DNA from: Cyanophora paradoxa CCMP329
Taxonomy: Eukaryota; Plantae; Glaucophyta
Assembly (NCBI GenBank): GCA_004431415.1
Contig: QPMI01000113.1
Coordinates: 251,794-315,793 of the forward strand
Length of the DNA stretch: 64,000 bases
Reading direction: 5' to 3'
Shown here: positions 24,690 through 35,585 of the stretch, piece after piece
How the letters are laid out: each line of letters starts with the position of its first letter
Position numbering within the stretch: position 1 is the stretch's first letter
Program-made: the position numbers and the translations under genes
The notes under the pieces: generated by a model
The model's database searches: none
The model's input: the letters and a program-made list of their open reading frames with translations, nothing else
What the model was told of the DNA's origin: nothing

Positions 24690-24761
24690 GGTCCTATGGT
24701 GTAACGGTTAGCACCCAGGACTCTGAATCCTGTAATCCCAGTTCGAATCTGGGTAGGACCT
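24690..24761 (+). tRNA. tRNA-Gln (CTG)
   Basis: GGTCCTA/TAGGACC acceptor stem, CAGGA-CTCTGAA-TCCTG anticodon arm, GTTCGAATC T-loop, upstream CAA and downstream TTTT. Confidence 0.97.
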
Positions 24762-25697
24762 TTTCGCCCGCTGCCGTTCCTTCCGCCCCTGTACCCGGCG
24801 AGCCGCGGTGCTGCCGGTGCGCAGCTTGTGTGCGCTGTGCTTCGTTTTGGCTGTGCTTCTGCCGACGCGTCTCGCGCGGTCGCGAGCTCGCGACGAGTCG
24901 TCAGGCCACAGCATCGAAACTGTGCCGCGCGCATGGCGCTCCAGCATCGAAACAGCCCGAGCACCTTCGGCGTGGTCGTCCTCTCCCTCGACTCCCCCGA
25001 CTCGGAGCTCCGCCGACGGCCTCTACACCGTGTACCAGGCTCGCCGCCCCGGTCCCCTGCCGCGCGCCTCGGTCGCCGACTGACGTACGCGTCGACGCTG
25101 GGGCCGCGGCAGACGGCCGGCGACTTCTCCGGCGTGCGCCTCATGATCATGCATATGAACGTTGACGCGACTGCCCTGCGACCCGCGGCCCTGGCCCCCG
25201 AGTGCATGCCCGTGCCGACCGTACGCAATGGGTGTGCGATATCATGCCTTCCACCCCGCGCAGCTTCCACCTCTTACGCTCAGCCCAGGCGCGTGCGCAA
25301 CGGCACCTGTGAGTGCGCGCGGCCTGGGCCGGCGCCGCGCGCCCGCGCGACCTGGGCCGCGCGCCCGCGCGACGATGGCAAGCGCAACCCCGCTGCACCG
25401 CGCCCACCTCGCATGGGCGAGGGCGAAATCCCGTGCGGCCAGGCGCCGAATTCGACTCGGTGAGCGCCTCGGATCCCGGAGCCTTTCATGCCGCCCTTCC
25501 GCAACAGGTCGACGTCGCGCCCCCCGAGGTCGAGGGGCATTCGCCCCGGCCCGCGAGTGGTGCGCCCCGAGTGCATCCCCCGCTGAGCCTTCATTGACGG
25601 AAGGCCGGTCTGCAGGGAGCCGCAGTTCGGCGCGGAGGAGGGGATGGTGACGTCTGCGCGTCATGGCGTGGCCCATGTGAGCCAACACGCGCGTGCC

Positions 25698-25980
25698 TGT
25701 CGCATCCGACTTTACAGTGGATGCTCGATTGTGAGCCGCTAGGGCTCTAGATGATGTATGCAGCCTTCGTGCTGCTAGGCCGACGGCGCCTAGGCTAGTT
25801 AGAGCGCCGCGGTCATTTGTATGCGTGTGTCGGGGTACGCCGTAGTTGGACGGGTACACCCTCAGTCTACCATCACGGTGGCTAACAGCAGCAGCACTCG
25901 CCAAACCCCGCCCTGCTGAGCTTGCACTCCGCACGGGCTTCTCGCGCGCACGATTAGACACACTAATCTCGCACGCGACA
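25698..25980 (+). repeat. 5' LTR
   Basis: TG...CA ends with a 6 bp terminal inverted repeat; no difference from the 3' LTR found by eye. Confidence 0.97.
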
Positions 25981-26005
25981 GGCGCCATTCTGCCGGAATC
26001 GAACC
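25981..26005 (+). promoter_or_regulatory. Primer-binding site (tRNA-complementary, atypical)
   Basis: Abuts the LTR; reverse complement GGTTCGATTCCGGCAGAATGGCGCC reads as a tRNA T-loop through to the 3' end. Confidence 0.75.
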
Positions 26006-26470
26006 TTCAAGGGTCTGAGTCCGTATCGCTCTCCCCAGCCCCGCCGCGCAGCGCGCATCGCTGCGCCGCCTTGCCCAGTGTCTATTGGAGCCAGAGACCT
26101 GCTTTCCGCGCGAGCGCCGTCCCCACGGTTGCTTTGCGTTTGAGTGCGCCGCCCTGTACCGCTTGCGGTTGGACGGTAGTGCACCGGAAACGTCTCTAGT
26201 GCCTATCGCGGGCTTCGGGTCATCCCCAGACCGAAGCGCACGCGCCGAGCTCTCTCTCGAGAGTCTCATCATTGCCTGTCCCATCGCCGGTTGCGAGCAA
26301 CCGTGCCACGGAGACTGCTGCGAGCAGCTCTCTAAGTGTCCCTGAGTCGCGCTCTTGCGTGACCGCGAGATCCCCGCGCCGGATTCTGCAGCGAGCTGCA
26401 GATCAAATCCCGCGCCTAGTGCTCTCCCCGGCATCTTGTTCTTGCGGCTTTACGTTGCAAAGAGAACAAC

Positions 26471-28808
26471 ATGTCAAACCCCTCGGAACTTCTTAGTTCT
26501 GAAGTCCGGAGCCAGCTGTCTGCGCTCGCGCATGTTGAGCCTGCGAAGGCCGAACTTGCTGTGCAGTACGCCGCCCCCGGCGCCTCGGCTGTGGCTGATG
26601 ACGATCCCGCGCGGATCGGATTCTTGCCCGCCCAGCCCCGCCTCGCCGATGGTGACCGGTTCCGCAAGGACGTCCGGAACTATCAGTCGGCGCAGCCGAC
26701 GAAGTATCTCTTTGGCCCCGACGCTGCCGGCGGCCAGGAGTATACTAAGTCCGAGGCTCTTGCCGGAGTGATCGTCGGGCGCATCCGCCCCGGCGCCCTC
26801 CGCGCCGTAATCGAGCGTAAGCGCGACCTCTATGAGGCCTCTATTGCTGGCCTGGAGCGTGACCGCGCTACGCTGCGGCGCCTTGAGCTCGTCCCGGCGA
26901 ACTTGCGTTCTGCCGATGACGACGCCACGATCCTCGCGCTGCAGCAGAGCTGCGCGCGTGATGAGGCCTCAATCGTGGCCACGCGTGATGCGTACTTGCG
27001 TGCCCCGGGCTGCTAGACACGATCACGGCGTGGATCCACAAGGCGCGCCCGCACGCGGCCCGCCGGGCCCTCACTGAGCCCTACACGGGCGAGGATCCGC
27101 GCTCATGGCACGACTGGTTCTTGCCTCTCGTCCGGCACACGCTGCCGACGGGCCAGCGCCTCGCCGTGTACTACGCCGAGTGCCTGCGCACTGCGCTTGA
27201 GGCCCGTGCGACGAGCGAGGACCCGGAATATCAGAACCTTGATGTTCGGATGGCCGGGTTCGCGAAGCTGAACGAGCGCACGCTGCGCGAGTTCCTCACT
27301 GCGCTGGACCAGCGCATTCTCGCTCTGGACGGCGCCCTGTCGCCGCTCCAGCTGGACGATCTATTCCTCCAGGCATGCGAGACGCACGGCTGCCGTACCG
27401 TGCTGCCACCCCAGGCCATGGTCGCGCCCGAGGCGCCTGAGACCAAGCGCCCCCGCGTGCGCAAAATGGCCGTGGCGGCCGATGACGAGGACGAGCCTGA
27501 CGAGGCCGTCCCGACGAAATCGGTGCACGCCGCCCCCGGCACCAAGGCGCCGCCGGGCGCCCCCGTCTTGAGCCGCCGGCACCCGGACGAGGAAAACCTG
27601 GGGTACCCGTGCACCACCACGACGCCATGCCCCCTGTGCATGCACGTGGAGATGCCGGCCCTCGACCGCTGCCACTTTACGTGGAATTGCGCGTGGGGCA
27701 CGGCCCCGTTCCCCGGCATCCCGTACGCCGACTGGGTGAAGGGGATCGCTGAGAAGCGGGCGGGCTTGAAGCGCCGCGAGCGCGCGACCCGCGAGGACGA
27801 GGGCCCGACCGCGACGAGCGCGGGGACCCCGGCCCGAACCGCGGCGGTTACGCCCACCGCGGTGGACACCGCCAGGAGCCGTACCCCCGGGGCGGTTTCC
27901 AAGCCCGCGGCGGGTTCCGCGGCGGCGCCCGCAGCGGCTACGCCGGCGGCTCCGGCCGTGGCCCGGCCTCCGGCCCGAACCAGCGCCCGCTGGGGAAGGG
28001 TAAGGAGACGAGCGAGCAGGATGAGCAGCGAGGCTGCTGGACCTGCGGCTCGCTGGACCACATGCGCCGGGATTGCCCCTCCGCCCAGGGCAACGCCCAG
28101 AGCGGCCGTGGCCGCGGCTATGGCCCTGAGCAGAACCGCGGGCCCCGGCCCCGGTTCAACCAAGTTCGCGCCGGAGGCGATCCGCCGCGCTCCGAGCCGC
28201 AGCCCCTCACGGACGGGCCGGACCGGAAAACCTCTGCAGCCCCGCAGAGTCGGTCCGCGGCGTTGCACGCCAGCAACAGCCGGCAGCGCTCGTCGCTGCA
28301 CTTCCCCACGCCCGCCGCCGACCCTGGTGACCTCACCGGGTACGGCCCGGACCGCCCGTCGGACCTCGCGGTCCCGGAGTCCCCCGAAGGCGCGCCGCCC
28401 GGCAGCCTCAACGCCCCTATCCCGATTGCGCATGTGATCGATGGGATCTCGGGCCGCCCGCACGATTTCCGGCGCCTGCAGCTGCAGTGCCCAGGATTCG
28501 TCTACGCCCTGAATGCTGACGGCACTCTCGGCGCTAGCACGCGTGTCCAAATCCTCTTTGACACCGGCGCTATGGGCGAAGTTGGCGAGAAGCGCCACAT
28601 GCCCCCGGGCACCCGGTACACGGGTGTGAAGGTCCTGAGGGCCTTCCTGCACCACGCCACGATCACGGCCGAAATCGCGCACGTCGTGCTGCGCTTCGGT
28701 GACGTGTACGTCTCGCGGGCCGTGTACGTCGTCCCCGACGGCTCCCTGGGCCCCAATGCCGACCTGCTCGTGGGCATCGGCACGATCATGATGGTCGAGG
28801 GCGGATAG
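26471..28808 (+). pseudogene. gag: gag plus aspartic protease (frameshifted)
   Basis: ORFs 26471, 27121 and 28062 join through apparent 1-nt losses. CCHC knuckle CWTCGSLDHMRRDC at 28035-28076; protease ILFDTGA at ~28551-28571 and LLVG. Confidence 0.8.
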
Positions 28809-30072
28809 ACACGACCAGCTCTGGCTGGTGCCTGCACGCGCGCGACGCGCAATTCCGCCCCCACGTGATCCCTTTTTGCTGCCCGGACAAACGAAGGGGC
28901 CTCTCCTTGTCCGGGTCCTTCGCCCTGTCGTCCTGAAGGACGCGCGCGAGTGGATGGTCCGCTGCGTGATTGACGGCCCTGCGCCGCCTGCGGACCAGGC
29001 TCCGACGCTCGCCGTCGGGCCGGCGCCCGACTCCTTGTCGGCGCTCGGGTACTCGCGCCCCACCAGCTGCACCGGCGCCCAGCCGCGGGCGGCAGCCTGC
29101 ATGTGCGGCTATTAAATCCCGCCAATGAGCCCGTCCTGCTGCCAGCAGGGGCCGTTGTTGCGGTGGCGGAGGCTAACAACCTGCCGCCCGGCGACTTCGG
29201 GTATGACCCGCCACCAGACGATGCGCCCGTGCGCGCAGTCGCCGATACTTTCATCCGCACGCTGCGAGCCTTTTACCCTAAACGGGCCAAGGCTTCCGCT
29301 CGATGCGTCGCCGGGCCAATCGAACGGCCGCGGCTTATATGGCAGCTGAGGGCGCGCCGACGCCCCAGCACCCTGCCCCGGGCCTATCTTTGCGGCACCC
29401 GCCGCCCGGCAGTCCGATGCGACTGCAGCCACCGGGCAGGAGCCTGCGCCGAGCGCACCTCCGCTGTTTGTCCGCATGATGCGCGACGACGACGACGAGG
29501 GCCATGAGGTCCCATCGTCACGATGGAGGGCCTCGCGCTCCACGATGAGCCGGTGTCGTCCGACACCGACTCGGAGCTCGAGCGCGACGTCGGGTACCCG
29601 GGTTGGACCTCCCCAGAGGAGCGTGAACGAACCCGGCCGGCCCGCCGCGCCGAGCGCGCCGCACGCCGCCGCGCCCGCGCGGCGCGCGTTGCGCGTCAAG
29701 GGGCTAACGTAGTCCCAACCAATCCCTCCGGGATCAAATAAATCTCGCTGCCGACGCAGCCGAGCAGCCGGCGCCTGCGCCGAGCACAGCTGCTGCCCGC
29801 CCCGCGACGGCACCAGCGCCGCTGGACGGCCCTGGCTGCTCCGTCCGTACCACGGACGCGCCGGGCGCGCCTTCTGCAGCCGAGTCCTCTGCCGCGCGCG
29901 GCAGGGACAAGGGCAAGGCGCCGCTGCGAGCCGCCCCTCCGGGCCCAGCGCCTGGACCCTCCCATGGCGGCCCCCGCGGGCGCCTCCGGAAACGACGGGG
30001 ACGTCGTCTTCCGAAGAGGAGGAGTGGAACCGAGCACGTGCTAAAATCCCGGAATGCGGCTCGCATCCGGCG

Positions 30073-31484
30073 ATGAGCACTGCTGAACGCGCCGAGCTCG
30101 AGGCTCTGCTCAAGCGCTATTCGTGCGCGTTCGCCGACTCGGTCACGGCCACCGAGGGCACGGCCAACCTCCTCCACTACGAGCACGTGATCCGATTGAC
30201 CTCACGGCTGCCCGTCTTCACGCCCCCGCGGCGTGTAAGCCCGCACGCCGAGGCCTTCGCCCGTGCTGAAATAAAGCGGCTCCTTGAGCTGGGCTTGATC
30301 CAGCCCTCGCAAGCCGCCTACGGCTCGCCGGTCGTGCTCGCTCCTAAGAAGGACGGCACCTGGCGGTTCTGCGTCGATTACCGACGCTTAAATGCAATCA
30401 CCGAGCGCGACGTCTTTCCGCTGCCGCGGATCGACGATCAGCTGGACCGCCTGCGGGGGTCCATGATCTTCTCGACCGTCGACGCGACGGCGGGCTTCTG
30501 GCAGCTGCCGCTGGACCCTGCGTCCCGGCAGTACACGGCCTTCGTGGTGCCCTGGGGCCACTACGAGTGGCGCGTGACCCCGTTTGGCGTGACCAACGGG
30601 CCGGCCGCCTTCTCGCGCGCCGTGACCGCCATCCTCGGCCCCCTGCTCACGACTTGCGTCACCGCTTATATCGACGATATAACGGTGTTCTCGCCGAGCG
30701 TGCCCCAGCACCTGCTGGACCTCGAGGCCTTGTTCCGCGCAATCATGCCGGCGAACTTGCGCCTGAAGCCCTCCGAGGCTCCAAGTGCCGCTTCGGGGTG
30801 GCTGAGGTTGCCCTGCTCGGGCACCTCGTCTCGGCCGAGGGGATCCGCCAGGACCCCGCGAAGCTGGCGTTCATTCGCCAGTACCCGCCGCCAGCGAACG
30901 CTGACCAATTGAGGTCGTTCCTGGGCTTGGCCGGGTACTACCGGCGGTTCGTGAACGGGTTTGCCCGTGTCACCCACCCTTTGCAGCGCCTGCTGCTTCG
31001 GGACGCCGTGTGGCAATGGACCGAGGTCCACCAAGCCGCCTTCGAGGCGCTGAAGGCTGCCCTGCTCGAGGATCTGGTACTCGGGTACCCGGATTTCGAG
31101 CGGCCCTTCATCCTGTCGACCGACGCGTCGACGTACGCCATCGGCGCGATCCTGTCGCAGTCCGACGGCGGCTCGCCCGCCCGTGAGCGGCCCATCGCGT
31201 TCATCAGCCGAACGCTGGCGCCCGCTGAGCGGAATTACACCGCCACCGAGCTCGAGTGCTTGGCGGTTGTATGGGCAATAAAATACTGGCGGCACTTCCT
31301 CTTGGGAGGGCCCCAGTTCCTGGTCCGGACGGACCACCAAGCGCTCCAGTGGCTGCGCTCGCGCGAGGCGACCTCTGGGAGGCTGGGACGCTGGTCCCTC
31401 CTCCTGCAGTCCTACGACTTCGTCGTAGAGTACCGCGCGGGGCGCAATAACGGAGGGCCCGACGCCTGCTCGCGGCCCCGTTGA
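30073..31484 (+). pseudogene. pol: Reverse transcriptase plus RNase H (frameshift at ~30775)
   Basis: [27 protein letters not shown] and YIDD; RNase [24 protein letters not shown] and DACSR. Confidence 0.95.
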
Positions 31485-32827
31485 ACCACCCGGTTCTCGC
31501 CCCTGGCGGCGCCGACGGCAGCTCAGCCGCGCCTGACGCGCTGGCTGGCGCTGCGGGGCATGGCGTGCCCCAGCCCGGCGACCTCGATGAGCCGCTGCCG
31601 CTGTTTGCAGTCGCTCTGGGCGCCGAGGGCGCTGCGGACGCCCGGGTTGCCGTGGAAGCCCCGCCGGGCCCCGCCTGACCGAGCTGGCTGATGAGCCGGA
31701 CGAGGCCGCGCTGCCGGGCCCCGCCCATGCGCCTGGGCCCGCCGAGGCCGAAACGCCGGCGGCCCCGCCGAGTCGGGCGGAGATCCTCGTCGCGAGGCGA
31801 CAGGCCCGTCTCCGGCGCCAGCTCGCCTTCGAGGGCGCTCCCGCCGCGAGGCGAGACGTCCAGCCCGCCCAGGGGCCGCGTCCACGCCGGACGCGCGCGC
31901 CGCCTGAGGCCTTCCGAGAGGGCTCCGACGATGAGCCCGTCTCCCTCTCCGAGCGCGCGCCCAGAGCCGCGCCGGCGGACGCCGAAGACGAGCCCCAGGG
32001 GGCCCCGGCGCCGCCCGAACCCCGAGCCCCTGCCGCTGGGCAGGAGGCGCCCCTGCCCGCAGCCCTGCAGCTGCCGCAGGCCGGCCCGCCGACCCGGCGC
32101 GGCCGCAAGCCGACCACCTGGGCCGCGATGCGGCAGGAGGTTGACGAGTGGCACCGCCTCGCTGTCGAGCAGGGCCTGCCGCCGGCCCCGCGCTCTCCGA
32201 GCCCACCGCCGGCTCCCGAGGCCGACCCCATGGAGCTGGGCTCCGATGGCGAGGTCGCCCCGCCCGTGCCGGGGCCTGAGGCCCCGCGCGAGGCGTCCGA
32301 GCTTGAGCTCGACGAGGACGGGTTCCCCGTTACCCTCCTCGATCGCGTACGCCGCCGGCTCCCGTCGGGACCGCGGCGCTACGAGGGGCCTGTCGCGCCC
32401 CTGCCGCGCGACCAGCGTCCGCCTGAGGCCCCGCGCCGGGCAAGACGCCCCGCAAGGCCGACAACCCGCGCCACTGGCGCTGCGGCCCGCCGCTGTACCC
32501 CCGTCAGGACGATCCCGACGAGGGGCCCGAGGGCGGCGCCCCGGCGGCGTCGTCCTCCGCGGCTGCGTCGACCACTGCGGCGACAGCGGGCTCATCTGAG
32601 CCGCCGGCTGCCCCTGAGGCGCCCTCGAGCGGCGACGCCGGCTCGAGCGGCGGCCCAGCCGCGGGCCTGGAACGGGAGCTCCTCTCGTCCAGCGCCATCG
32701 CCCCTGGCCCTGAGCTGGGCGAGGTCCGAGACCGCCGCAAGCCGCGCTTGCTGGAGCTGGTCCAGGACACCTGGGATTGCGCGCCGCCGCCTTCCCTTGA
32801 CGGGCCCTGCCCGAGGCCCTGCGCCAC

Positions 32828-34276
32828 ATGTTCCCCGCGCGGCGAGTCCGGCTGCTCGCTGCGCAGAAGGCGGACTCGCTGTGCCGCAAGCTGTTCTCCT
32901 GGCACGAGAACGGCGTGAACGAGGCGCGCTGCACGCGCGCCTCCTGCCAGACGGGCGACTGCTACCTCTGCAGTCAGGCCAAGGCGGCCTTCGTCAAATT
33001 CGCCCAGAAATTTGACGTGGACACAGACGGCGTGCTCGTCCGCCGCCCGGCCGCGCCCCACGGGCGCTTCGTGCCCGTCCTGCCTGAGTCCTGGCAGGAC
33101 CGCGTCCTGTACGCGTACCACGATGGGTGGGGCCACCGCGGCGCCTCGATCGTCGCCCGCCGGATCCTGCTGAGGTTCTGGTGGTCGGGCATGCTTGCGG
33201 CAGTCGCTCGCTACGTGCGGAGCTGCCATTGCTGCCAGTTCGCCAAGGCTGTGAAGCCGCGGCGAACCGCGATCGCAGTCATCGAGGCCGAGGGCCGGAA
33301 TGACTTGTGGCAGGTGGACGTGTTCCACCTTGACCCGACGCCGCGCGGCAACCGGTATTTGGTTGCCTGGGTGAACGCGTGGGACAAGTACACGCGGCTG
33401 TACCCGAAAGCCGACCTGGACGGCTGGTCCATGCTCGAAAAGGGCCGAGACTTCGTCTCGAATGAGGGCGTGCCGCTGCGCCTCCTCATGGACAACGGGT
33501 CCAGCCTGAAGGGCGGCCCGTTCAACGAGTACTTCCGGAAGCTCGGGACTCGTTTCATTTACGCCGCTGCGTACCACCATTCGACGAATGGGCTGGTAGA
33601 GCGGCTGGGGGGCGTCGTGAAGACGCTGCTCCACGCGGCGTGCCGCGCCGAGCGCGAGCCGATGCACGAGTGGGACCAGCACGTGCACGAGGTGCAGCTG
33701 GCGCTCCGCACGACCGTGCACGCGGCCACGGGCTACTCGCCCGCGCTCCTGCACCTGGGGCACGAGCTCACGCTGCCCGCGGACGTGCGCTTCGGGGTCG
33801 AGATGCTCGACACCCTTAGCTACGCCGACTACGTGTCAATCGTAGTGCGTTCCGCGAAGAGCCGCGAGGCTGCAGTGCGCGAGTACCGCCGCTGGTACCG
33901 CCGCCAAATGGTGCACCGGACGGGTGACCTGCCGGACCGCCGCCGCTTCGGCGTGGGCGACAAAGTCCTGTGCTGGCTGGGCGACCGTGACAAGGGGTTG
34001 TTCAACTCCTGGGTCGGCCCTTTCACCGTCATGAGCGTGCACCCGGGCGGGTACACGTACGTCGTACGTGGCCTTGCGCGGCCCTACGGCGCGGTGGGCG
34101 CCGGCCGCCAGAAGGCGCGCGACACCCGTGAGACGATCGTGCATATCGACTGCATGATCCCGTTCCGCGTGCGAGACGCGAACGCGCCTGCACGGCCGGC
34201 CCGAGGGCGGCCCAAGGCGGCGGGTGGGCCGGCTGCCGCGGCCGCAGCGCCGGCGGCTCCGGCGGGAGCGGCTTAA
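32828..34276 (+). CDS. pol: Integrase domain of pol (HHCC, DDE, GPF/Y; no chromodomain)
   Basis: HDGWGH...CHCC; WQVDVF, LMDNG and GLVERL; WVGPFTV. Confidence 0.93.
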   Translation: MFPARRVRLLAAQKADSLCRKLFSWHENGVNEARCTRASCQTGDCYLCSQAKAAFVKFAQKFDVDTDGVLVRRPAAPHGRFVPVLPESWQDRVLYAYHDGWGHRGASIVARRILLRFWWSGMLAAVARYVRSCHCCQFAKAVKPRRTAIAVIEAEGRNDLWQVDVFHLDPTPRGNRYLVAWVNAWDKYTRLYPKADLDGWSMLEKGRDFVSNEGVPLRLLMDNGSSLKGGPFNEYFRKLGTRFIYAAAYHHSTNGLVERLGGVVKTLLHAACRAEREPMHEWDQHVHEVQLALRTTVHAATGYSPALLHLGHELTLPADVRFGVEMLDTLSYADYVSIVVRSAKSREAAVREYRRWYRRQMVHRTGDLPDRRRFGVGDKVLCWLGDRDKGLFNSWVGPFTVMSVHPGGYTYVVRGLARPYGAVGAGRQKARDTRETIVHIDCMIPFRVRDANAPARPARGRPKAAGGPAAAAAAPAAPAGAA

Positions 34277-34448
34277 GGGAAAGCCGGCTCCGAGCCGCGT
34301 CCCGACCCCACGCGAGGGCAAGGACATGAGAGCGGCTGCGCTAGCCCCTTGGCAGCGCTGAGCAAGAGATCGCCCGAGGCGGGCTGGATCGACGGGCCTC
34401 AGAGCCCCGCGCACAACGCGAAAGCCCCGAGCCGAGAGAAGAGGCTGC

Positions 34449-34575
34449 GGGCGGCCGTCAGCCTTGAGCACAGCTCGGCGCGGTGACAGGGTGCGAGTCC
34501 CTTGTAAAGACCCGGGCAAATTGGATGAGCCGCGGCGGCCGGTGGCCTTGAGCACAGCTCGGCACGGTGACAGGG
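34449..34575. repeat. Two copies of a ~31 bp hairpin-forming direct repeat in the element 3' UTR
   Basis: GCCTTGAGCACAGCTCGGCRCGGTGACAGGG at ~34461 and ~34545. Confidence 0.85.
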
Positions 34576-35319
34576 CTGGGGCCCTCCGAAGACCTAGCCG
34601 AGCCCTAGGACGCGCCTCGCGTCTGCAGAAGGGTCGGTAGGCGGCTGTGACGCCGAGTTCTGCCTCGGGTACAGCGACAGGGGATGTCCATTCCCCTCCG
34701 TGTAAGACCTGGCGGTGTACCAGGGCGCGCCTTGCGCCGGTGGGGTACACGCAGGCGGTCGTTACGCCGGATCCCACTCCGGGTACGACGACTGGGGACG
34801 CAAAAATTCCCCCATTCAGGGCTCTGCACCGGGGACGCTCGGTGGCAGTTCGCCTGGGAGGGTCACGTCCCCTCGCAATGGACGTGCATGCACGGGTCGG
34901 GCAGGGCACCTGCCGTCACGAGTGACGGTGGTTTGAGCCCTGTGGGCGGCGCCTAGCCTCGCCCTGGAGATCCCTAGCTCCACCGCCGTCGGGGTCCCCC
35001 GATTCGATGCCGTGCAATTGCTGTGGGAGCGCGGCTTGTGCCTAGGCAGCGTCGCACGACGGGCTGCATATCCCTAAGCGCTGGGACGGGCATATTGCTG
35101 TGGGCTATCGAGTGCCATCGCGACGCTACGCCCCGCGTTGCTGTTGCAGCGTGCGCTCTTGCGGCTAACGTGCTGCGCGATGAGGGCAGGGCCCCCCTCG
35201 GCTTCTGTCTCCGTACCGCTCGCCTCGTGCGGGTTTGCCTGGGCCGCCGGCCCGAAGTTGGACCTTGCCCCCTGGGCACTACACGCTGGAGTCGTACCGG
35301 CACCCGCCGGGCGACAGCC

Positions 35320-35454
35320 TTTTTCGATTCCCGGCAGTCGCCGGACGTAGACGGGCTCGGCGTCTTTTCGATTCCCGGCAGTAGCCGGTGACGCCGACCG
35401 TGAGTGGCTCGGAGCCTTTTTTTCGATTCCCGGCAGTAGCCGGTAGCTCCGAGC
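35320..35454 (+). repeat. Three copies of a structured RNA repeat, TTTTCGATTCCCGGCAGTMGCCGG
   Basis: Copies at 35321, 35365 and 35420; inner hairpin CCGGC/GCCGG; copies 2 and 3 are each closed by a different perfect outer stem. Confidence 0.9.
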
Positions 35455-35573
35455 GTTTGTGTATAGCGGCCGGGGTCGCGTTGTATAGAGAGCTCAGGCT
35501 CGATCAAATTCCTGGCTTCCCCGGCCCTCTCTCTGTTCGCCTTCGGGCGTAGACCCGCGCGGACGCGGGATCC

Positions 35574-35584
35574 GAGAGGAGGAG
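35574..35584 (+). promoter_or_regulatory. Polypurine tract
   Basis: GAGAGGAGGAG ends 1 nt before the 3' LTR. Confidence 0.85.
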
Positions 35585-35585
35585 T

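Noticed and set aside
24690-24761. Neighbouring tRNA-Gln as the retrotransposon primer
   Set aside because: Its 3' end would need a TGGAGGTCC PBS, which does not match.
24940-25690. Gene interrupted by the retrotransposon
   Set aside because: Only short exon-like fragments with frameshifts; rejoining the empty site gives no convincing ORF.
25780-25995. Tf1-like self-priming by an LTR sequence pairing with the PBS
   Set aside because: Only a 7-nt match (GGCGCCT) around a palindrome; the PBS looks tRNA-like.
27014-28814. Programmed stop read-through at two TAGACACGA contexts
   Set aside because: In both places the protein-like sequence continues in a shifted frame (L-D-T, I-D-T), so single-base losses explain them better.
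35320-35454. CRISPR-like array (palindromic repeats with unique spacers)
   Set aside because: Eukaryotic context, only three units, irregular spacers that pair with each other as stems, and no cas genes.
35320-35454. Hammerhead or other self-cleaving ribozyme
   Set aside because: No CUGAnGA core on either strand and no HDV or twister pattern recognised; an Rfam scan would be needed to exclude it fully.
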